This document shows, in pieces, positions 26,654 through 34,501 of a stretch of 34,501 nucleotides of DNA. Each line of letters begins with the position of its first letter. Positions within the stretch are counted from its first letter, which is position 1. The position numbers and the translations under genes are program-made. Source of the stretch: Reclinomonas americana ATCC 50394 (taxonomy: Eukaryota); the NCBI GenBank assembly GCA_048213135.1, contig PS015012.1, positions 86,301 to 120,801 of the forward strand, in the 5' to 3' direction. The notes below the pieces were generated by a model that made no database searches, was not told where the DNA came from, and saw only the letters and a list, made by a program, of their open reading frames with translations.

Positions 26654-29167
26654 ATGACGTCGTTTGAGCTGGAACACGCCATCGGCTTCTCTGGCAACGT
26701 GCCACACAGTGTGCACTTTCACCCCAACGGCCAGGATTTCGTGTATGTGGCGGGCGGGACCATTGGTGCGTTGCGCAAATCTGTTTTTTCTCTTCTCCTC
26801 TCTTCCTGCTCACTGTGCACATATAGTGATCTGCGACCTCAATGACTCCCACAATCAAGTGTTCTTGCGCGGTCACGATGACGAGATCACGTGCCTTGCG
26901 ATTTCATCGTCGGTCAGTGCTTGTCAATCACCCTCCTTTCCCTTGTCTCTCTGGCATCTCCACTGAGTGCGGAATCGTGTGGATAGGGTCGGTATCTGGC
27001 GTCGGGACAGCGAGGCGACAACTCCGACGTGATTGTGTGGGATTTCGAGGCGCGATCGATGCTGTACCGCTTCAGTGAGCACGATCATGGGATCTCGTGT
27101 GTGTCGTTCTCGGAGGACGAGGTGCATCATGTCGCCTTCTGCTGCTGTCGCCTCGTTGGTTGCCGCTAACAGCTGTTGATTGCGACAGAAACTGCTGGTG
27201 TCGGCCGGCGATGCGCACGATCGTCGCCTGATTGTGTGGGACTTGTCGTGCGGTGGCATGGTGGCGTTCCAGTCGGCTGTGGAACCCGTGGACACGGTGA
27301 CCATGGGCGGTTTCGAAAAGGGTACGCTTCGCCTCTCCTCCAACCCAGCAGCGTGGTTGTCGCGCTGAAACGAGAGAGATGAGTGCAGATGTTAAGCGGC
27401 GGCCGACTCGCAACTACGTGATCGCTACTGGCGGCAACAAGAAGCTCACGCTGTGGACGCTGGATCCGTACGGTGGTGAACTGCGGTCCGATATCGTTGC
27501 GTTGTGCAGGCGCGCGGCATGCGCTTTCCACGTGCAGCACCTGATCCCTTCCCCATGCAGATCAACATTGCATCCATCACGCGCGACTATCGTGCACTGC
27601 GCTTCTCCGCCGACGGCGAATTCCTCTACGCCGGCACCGACTCGGGCGACTTTGCCGTGATTCAGATGAAGAGTCTGGTGTTTGCCGGCACGATTCGTGC
27701 GTCGGCCAACGGCATCAAGTCGCTGGTGAGCTGCGCCAAGCGCACACTCTTTGTGCCGCATGTGTGGATGTATGTGCTTATTTTTCCCGTCCGTCGCAGG
27801 TCACACTGCGCAATGGTGGTCTCTGTGTGGGCGGAGGCGACGGATCGCTGGTGGCATATTCAGGGCAGGGCAAGGAACTGACGGAGGACTCGCGCACCTA
27901 CCTACAGGGTGCCGTCATGTCTCTCAGTGTGACGCACGACGAGGTACGTGTGGATCTTGGCGATTGTCGTCTGACACGCACACTCACTCTCTTGTGACGC
28001 AGGTGGAGCTGCTGGCTGGCACGTCACGAGGCTTCCTGCATCGCGCACGAATTCGCGATCTCATGGATCTGGTGCTGCTCGAGGCGCACTCGGCGCCGGT
28101 GACCGCAGTGGCGTACAACAGTGGCTTCTCCGATCGATTCGTCACCGTGTCTGCGGATGGCTCGTTCCGCCAGTGGGACTCCTCCGACTACACCACCGTG
28201 TGCAAGGGCGAGACGCACGGCTCACCCGCCACCTGCGTCGTGTATTTGACCGAAGTCATTCTCGTTGGCTGCGAAGACGGCAAGATCCGGTTCGTGCGCG
28301 CTCCCATCGTGCTCGCCCCCCTTCGCACCCAGTCGACTGATCTCTGCAACGCAGGTGTTTCCACTCCGACACGGGCGAATTCTTGTGGGATCTCACGGCA
28401 CACAGCCGAGCCAAGATCACGGCACTGGCGGCGTCGCGCAACGAAAAGTTCTTCATCACCGGCGCCGCCGATGGTGAGATTCGTGTGTGGCTGCTGCGGT
28501 CACGGGAGATGGTGTCGAGTTTCCGGGAACACTCGTCGGGCATCACACAGGTACATTTTCTGTAGTTGCGCATCGTGGTCTGCTCCGTCGTTGCCACCTC
28601 ACGTGCGTGCGTGCGTGCGTGTGCAGCTGAAAATCTTTGAGGACGACGCACATGCACTGTCGAGCAGCCGTGATCGCTCCATGTTTGCCTGGGATCTGCG
28701 AGTTGCGATGACCCCGTCAATGTGTCACGACTTCTTTCCATCGTGTTTGACCGCCTGTGTGTTCTCGCAGGCCGAGCGCCGTGTCAACACCATGTCGCAA
28801 CGGCAAGGAGCCATCAATGACTTTGCGCTGGTTGCTGATCAAACACAAGTGCTCTCTGTCGGTCAAGACAAGCGCATCTCGTTGCGTCGTCGGCCACTGG
28901 TGTGAAGCAGTAGCGCTGCCGCGTCTGACTCGTGCGTGTAGATACTGGGACTTGCGAACGGCGGCCCCCTACAAGCTGATTGACGCGGCGCACTCGGATG
29001 ACATTCGGACGATCTCAGTTCGTTGCTTGGCATGCGTGTCCCCTGTGCTTCCATTTTGCGTGCTCACTAGCGTGTGCAGTTGAGTCACGGCAATGCCTAC
29101 GTGGCCACTGGCAGTGCCGACCAGATTGTGAAACTGTGGGACTTTGAGGGTGCTCTCCTCTCCGAAG
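26654..29167 (+). CDS. CFAP52/WDR16-family ciliary WD40 protein (13 exons here; last exon inverted at 29936-29824)
   Basis: FELEHAIGFSGNVPHSVHFHPNG..QVFLRGHDDEITCLAISSSGRYLASGQ, many WD repeats, and SVGQDKRISYWDLR. Confidence 0.87.
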
Positions 29168-29823
29168 GTACACCAGCAGCTGCACACACGCACACACTCC
29201 TTCACCTGTCTCCGTCGTCGTCCACTCACGCACTTGNNNNNNNNNNNNNNNNNNNNCCGTACCACAGTGCGCCGGCTCGAGCGTTCAGCCACCTGCCGGA
29301 GGAGCAGTCGACGGTGGCGGAGGAGATGGCACGCGACGCCCTGCGCGTGCACATGAGTCGGGCGTTTGCCAACAGCGCTGCCACACACGCCTCGAGCACC
29401 AGCAAGTCGAGTCGCATGTCGGCGCGCGGCTCGCCATCCCCCTGGGCGCCGCCTCAATCGTGTTCCTCTTCCACTGCGGTACGGCGACAGACTCGTCAGT
29501 GCGATCGCGCCAATGTGTGAGAGGCTGACGCCGGTGACATCAACAAGGTCATGACTCTCGAGGTTACGACGCACTCACGAGCGAACATTTGAGCTGCGCG
29601 CGACAAGCGCAGCTCGGCATCGGAACCAATCTTTCTTTTTTGCTTGACGACGGAAAGCACCCCGATGCAGTCGTCGAGTTATGATTGTCTCTCTTTTAAC
29701 CCTTTGCGCCTCGTTTTATGAAGTGAAACGCGATGACGTGTGAACGATTGATATTTTTTCATCCAAGAACATGAACCACGAGGCAACATACACGAGCGAG
29801 TGAAATGAGCAGCGACGACGCAC

Positions 29824-29936
29824 TCAGCCCGGATACACATTCCACAAGAACACACACATGTCGTCGCCGACGGAAACCAGTTGTCGGTCGTCGGGTGAGA
29901 ATTGTACACGATTGATGGCCGCCGAGTGACCAATGC
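29824..29936 (-). CDS. Terminal exon of the CFAP52-family gene on an inverted contig
   Basis: G|GC ATT GGT CAC gives EGIGHSAAINRVQFSPDDRQLVSVGDDMCVFLWNVYPG*, completing the last WD repeat. Confidence 0.9.
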
Positions 29937-30172
29937 CTGCGTGGTGCACGNNNNNNNNNNNNNNNNNNNNNNNNNNNNNNNNNNNNNNNNNNNNNNNNNN
30001 NNNNNNNNNNNNNNNNNNNNNNNNNNNNNNNNNNNNNNNNNNNNNNNNNNNNNNNNNNNNNNNNNNNNNNNNNNNNNNNNNNNNNNNNNNNNNNNNNNNN
30101 NNNNNNNNNNNNNNNNNNNNNNNNNNNNNNNNNNNNNNNNNNNNNNNNNNNNNNNNNNNNNNNNNNNNNNNN

Positions 30173-31553
30173 TGGCCCGTGAGCTGCATACGAAGAGAAG
30201 AAGGCGGCGGTGGCGTTGCCTGCCGGTGTCGTCCCGATCGGATCGTCGGGCAATGGCGGAGTCATGGCCGACGACAGCGACCGGCAGTCGTCCGATAGCG
30301 AGCGGCTAATGGTGGTGGTCCCCGTGGCCGCCGTGTCGCCGCGCAAACTACCGTGCGCCACAATGAGACCGATGCTGGACTGGAGGTGCGCCAGTCGCTG
30401 TGCGCCGCTGTCGTGCCGATCCTCCGTCATGTCGGTCTCGCTGTCGGTGTCCTTGTTGTGGCCACCGGCACCGGCCACGTGGCCACCTCCGCTCTCAGCC
30501 TCGTCCACTGAACTGTTGCTGGCGCTGTGCCAGCGCAAAAACTCGGCACGTGTCGCCGCCCGACTCAATGCGTCCGCCAACAACGCCCCCGGCGACGACG
30601 ACGTAATGGACAGCAGTGGTGGTGTGCTGGCATCCAGCTCCGCGTCAGCCTCCGTCTGTCCGCTGCGCCGCTGGTCTGCTGCTGCTGCTGCCGCTGCCGC
30701 AGTGGTACGAGCACTTGTGGTGGTCGAGGTCCGTGAAGAGCGTGCGGCAAGGGGTGGAGGCGCAGCGGCCTCCTGCTCGCGGAACCAGCCGTCTATTCGC
30801 TCCGTCATACTCAGCTTGCCGAGCTGCGCCAGTCGGTGGCGATTGAGACGCAGCGAGGGACTCAGACCACGCCACACTTGTCGTGATCCACCAGGCGACA
30901 TTTCCACCTCCTCCTCCACCACCACGACGGACACATCGCCGCCCGCCGCGGCGACGCCCGTACCCTCCAGCTCTGCCTGATCAATCGAGTCCCTCACCAC
31001 ATTCTCCGGCACGCAGAGTTCATCCGACACACGAGCCGGCGGTGGCGATGCACTCCGCACCATGCGCCGCCGCCGCCGTGCCAAACACGAGGCATTCGTC
31101 ACTGCTGCTGCTGCCGCCGTCGGATGCTGCTTGAGGCGATCGACGGTGAAGCGTTGCGTGGGCGACTGCGTCTGCGGTGGTGGTGGTGACAGCGGTTCGA
31201 CCGGCATTGACGGTGGCTCCTGCAGCGTGTCGAGCGGTGGTGGCGACGGCGACGGTGGTGGCACCAGAGGTGAGCACGGCAGCAGGGCCACCGAGGCCGC
31301 CGACTGGCTGGCCACTGTCGCCGCCGCCTGCGACGGACTGCTCATCAGCAGCAGCAGCGCCGCCTCGGCTTCCGGATCCAACCCCGACACCAGCATGTGT
31401 GGAGGCACCATCCGCACGGCATCGTGCTCGCTGCTGCAGCAGCTGTCCTCGTCGTCGTCTCCGCCATAAAAGCTGTCATCGTGGTCGTCGTCGTCCCCGT
31501 GAACCATGAACGACTGCTGCATGACGTGCTTGTGTCGGTGATGCTGTGCTTCA
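30173..31553 (-). CDS. Long low-complexity hypothetical protein; continues on the + strand at 29257-~29592 (inverted contig)
   Basis: Open frame of about 460 codons rich in S/P/A/D; ...YAAHGP joins PYHSAPARAF... in frame when 29257-29950 is flipped. Confidence 0.6.
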
Positions 31554-32227
31554 NNNNNNNNNNNNNNNNNNNNNNNNNNNNNNNNNNNNNNNNNNNNNNN
31601 NNNNNNNNNNNNNNNNNNNNNNNNNNNNNNNNNNNNNNNNNNNNNNNNNNNNNNNNNNNNNNNNNNNNNNNNNNNNNNNNNNNNNNNNNNNNNNNNNNNN
31701 NNNNNNNNNNNNNNNNNNNNNNNNNNNNNNNNNNNNNNNNNNNNNNNNNNNNNNNNNNNNNNNNNNNNNNNNNNNNNNNNNNNNNNNNNNNNNNNNNNNN
31801 NNNNNNNNNNNNNNNNNNNNNNNNNNNNNNNNNNNNNNNNNNNNNNNNNNNNNNNNNNNNNNNNNNNNNNNNNNNNNNNNNNNNNNNNNNNNNNNGTGTG
31901 TGTGGAGGAGATTACACCGTGCGCGCGCAAGAGTGAGACAGAGTGTGAGAGTGGGGGTCGCCATGTCAACAAGTGTCATCGCCGCACTTTGACCAGCGCA
32001 CATGACACTCTGTGATGATTGGTCGCTGACATCATGACGCACACACATACACAAACACGTGTCTCCGCACTCTCTCTCTCTTCGTCTCTCTCTTTCCCTG
32101 CTCTTCTCATGCGTGGGCGATCCGCATTTCGTAAACTCCTTTGCCGCATTTGTGTCCTGTTCCGAGACCGCTGCTTGCTGTCTTTGGCAAACTCGCTCAA
32201 TTTTGCATTTTTTTTCTTTTTACACAG

Positions 32228-34501
32228 GTGGTCTGCGTGCCACTGCTCGTGAGTCCGACGTGCTGGCGCTGTTTGACAGTCGGCTGCGCACTGCCGGCTC
32301 GCCGTCTTCATTGCTGTCGTCGTCGTCGTCGTCGTCGACTGCCGGCATGCCCCGCGACAGCGCAGCTGCGGCCGCCGCCTCGTACGGCTACCCTGCCGGC
32401 TACGACATGCCGGCGACGATGCCACCGGGCATCGAGTACGCCCGCATCATAGCCTCCAAGGTGCTGATTGACGGCTGCAAGACGTGCATCTGCTTCGTGG
32501 TGTTTCACTCGAAGCGGCTGGCGCTGGAGGCGCTCTCGTTGAATCCGCCGCCGGTGCCGCCGCGCCGCATTGTCGCTGGCTCGCATCTGGTGGTGCAGCT
32601 CAAGGGCAAGATGGGCAAGCGTGTGTACTGGTACCCGGCCGAGCCCGGCAACCTGCAGGTCAATGTCAACAGCGGCGACATGTCGGTGTCGCCCACCTCC
32701 ATGTCACCCACTTCCACCTCGCCGGTGTCCATGTCGGCCTCGTCGTCGCCGCTGCGTGGCAGCACAGTTGCAGCACCGATTGCTGTGACGATGCCGCCAC
32801 CACCACCACCACCGCAAGCGCCGCCACCGCCGTATCACCTGCACCAGTACTCGGAGCAGGCGGCAGCGCAGCAACAGCAACAGCAACACAACATGTTGTA
32901 CGCTGGATATCCGCAGGCGGATGGTAAGCGACACCGCCAGATGCTGCCGCCTGGACAGCGCCCTCTGACACCGCAGCGGTGAGCACGTTCCGTGTCCGTG
33001 CCTTTCTCACTCCCAGTGGCTCACTCTCGCTGTCATTGTTAGATCTGCGGCCGCAGCGTGGACCAGACGCAGTGGTCAGGCTGACGATTTTCCGCCGCTG
33101 CCGAGCCAGTCTGGTTCGGCCACCACGCCGACGGCGACCGGCACCGCCAACAGCGGATCAGGTGGTGGTGCTTTCGGCCGCCTGTCGGGTTCCTCGACGC
33201 CCACCATTGGTGCCCCCGGCTACAGCCATCATCCGGAGATGGTTTGTACTCACAGTTCTCCTCCCCACCACTTTCTCTCGATATTTTCTTTGGCTGATTG
33301 GCGCTTCTGCATGCATTAGTTCTTCTCCTGCCCCAGCTCGTCGGCGAGCTCGGTGGTGTCGGCCGAGGACGTGTATTCGCTGTCGTCGGAGCTGACTTCC
33401 GAGTGCGAGGACAATGGCGAGTGCGAGTTGCTGCCTGCTGGCCTCCTGGACGAGAGTGCGTGTTCACCGTATTTTTGTGTGTGTGCGTGTTCACCTCAGT
33501 GCCTAACTGTTTTGCTTGTTGCGCGCACAGTCCCGGCCACCGACGAGTCGCTGAGTGACCGTGCTCCCGCGAGTCGTCCGCTGTCGCACGCGGCGGCTCG
33601 CAGCCACAGCTTGTACGCCCCGTACCACCATGGTGCGGTGATGCCGGCTCGTCTGCACCAGCACATTTCGCCGCACGGCGTGATGGTACCACCGCAGCCG
33701 CACATGCAGCAGCAGCAGCAGCAGCAGCATCATCACGGCCACCATCACCCGCAGAATCACCACCCCCACCCGCACCACCTTCACCACCACCACCACCACC
33801 ATGCGGCGGCGGCGTACATGCACATGGGTCCCGGTAGTGCGGCGGCGCACATGTCGCAGTCGTCGGGACGCACGCGCTCCTCGTCGTGCTTCTCCGAGTC
33901 GTCGTGCCCCGTGTCCAGCATTGACGTGCGCGGCTCGGTGACGCCGCCCAGCGTGCTGGTGGGTGCCACTGCTCACTCGGGCTCGGAGGCGTTCTCGCCC
34001 TGCGAGTACCCGACGCACGTGCAGTTTGGAGTGCCGCCATCGGCCATGCCGTCGTGGGGTCCGCAGCTGTACTACACCTCGGCACCGGGCTCCCACTCGT
34101 CGTCGCCAACATTTGCCGCCACTGCCGGTGCCGGCGGCGGCAACTTCAACCCGAACTCGGTCATGATGATGCTCGGCGGCAACTCGTCGTTCCCGGCCAT
34201 GTCCAGCATCTCGTCGCCGGTGCACTCGCTGCGGACGTCGCCGCTCCAGGAGATTCACGGTGGTGAAATGGCGCCACCCGCCGCCATGCCACAGTCGGCC
34301 ACTGCCCCTGCTACGCAACAGCAGCAGCAGCAGCAGACAAGGTCGCACTCGCCGCCGACTCCATCGTCGACGACGGCGACCACTGCCAACAACACGTCGT
34401 CGCTGAACAATCTGATGGCTGGTCTGTCGGTGGGTGGTGTTCTCGGCCACATTGGCAGCTTCGACTCGAGTGCCGGCGCTGGCGCCGGAGCCGGTAGTGC
34501 C
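32228..34501 (+). CDS. RRM-like RNA-binding protein with long Q/H/P/S-rich disordered tail (5' and 3' incomplete)
   Basis: GGLRATARESDVLALF (RNP2/alpha1-like) ... IIASKVLIDGCKTCICFVVFHSKRLALEAL (RNP1/alpha2-like), followed by polyQ/polyH exons. Confidence 0.6.

Noticed and set aside
33039-34450. Long minus-strand ORFs (357 aa, 315 aa)
   Set aside because: Antisense shadows of GC-rich plus-strand coding exons.

Overview
Gene-dense, GC-rich eukaryotic genomic scaffold with N gaps, probably from a flagellated protist; I cannot name the organism. It uses the standard genetic code and has short spliceosomal introns, mostly about 60-120 nt and rich in CA/GA/CG microsatellites. About 17 genes can be reconstructed by hand: ARPC5, a 7TM-RGS protein, a Cid1-family terminal nucleotidyltransferase, a protein with a stand-alone LysRS-type anticodon-binding OB fold, RPB10, a small membrane/coiled-coil protein, DBP2/DDX5, UAP56/SUB2 (partial), an Mpo1/DUF962-like fragment, ORC3, prefoldin 2, RPL13, PACRG-like, a GT90/CAP10 glycosyltransferase, a CFAP52/WDR16-family WD40 protein, a low-complexity protein and an RRM protein. 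Main observations: (1) an abundant class of register-shifted 5' splice sites, GTTNCG (12 are GTTGCG), with the conserved G at +6 instead of +5; (2) a clear U12-type AT-AC intron in ORC3; (3) five short gap-flanked segments that are inverted inside genes and rejoin seamlessly when flipped, most likely a scaffolding artefact; (4) a stand-alone LysRS OB-fold protein next to a terminal nucleotidyltransferase; (5) the ancient long DBP2 intron; (6) an RPL13 start codon split by an intron; (7) very short bidirectional intergenic spacers. Gene models and family assignments are manual, with no database searches run.
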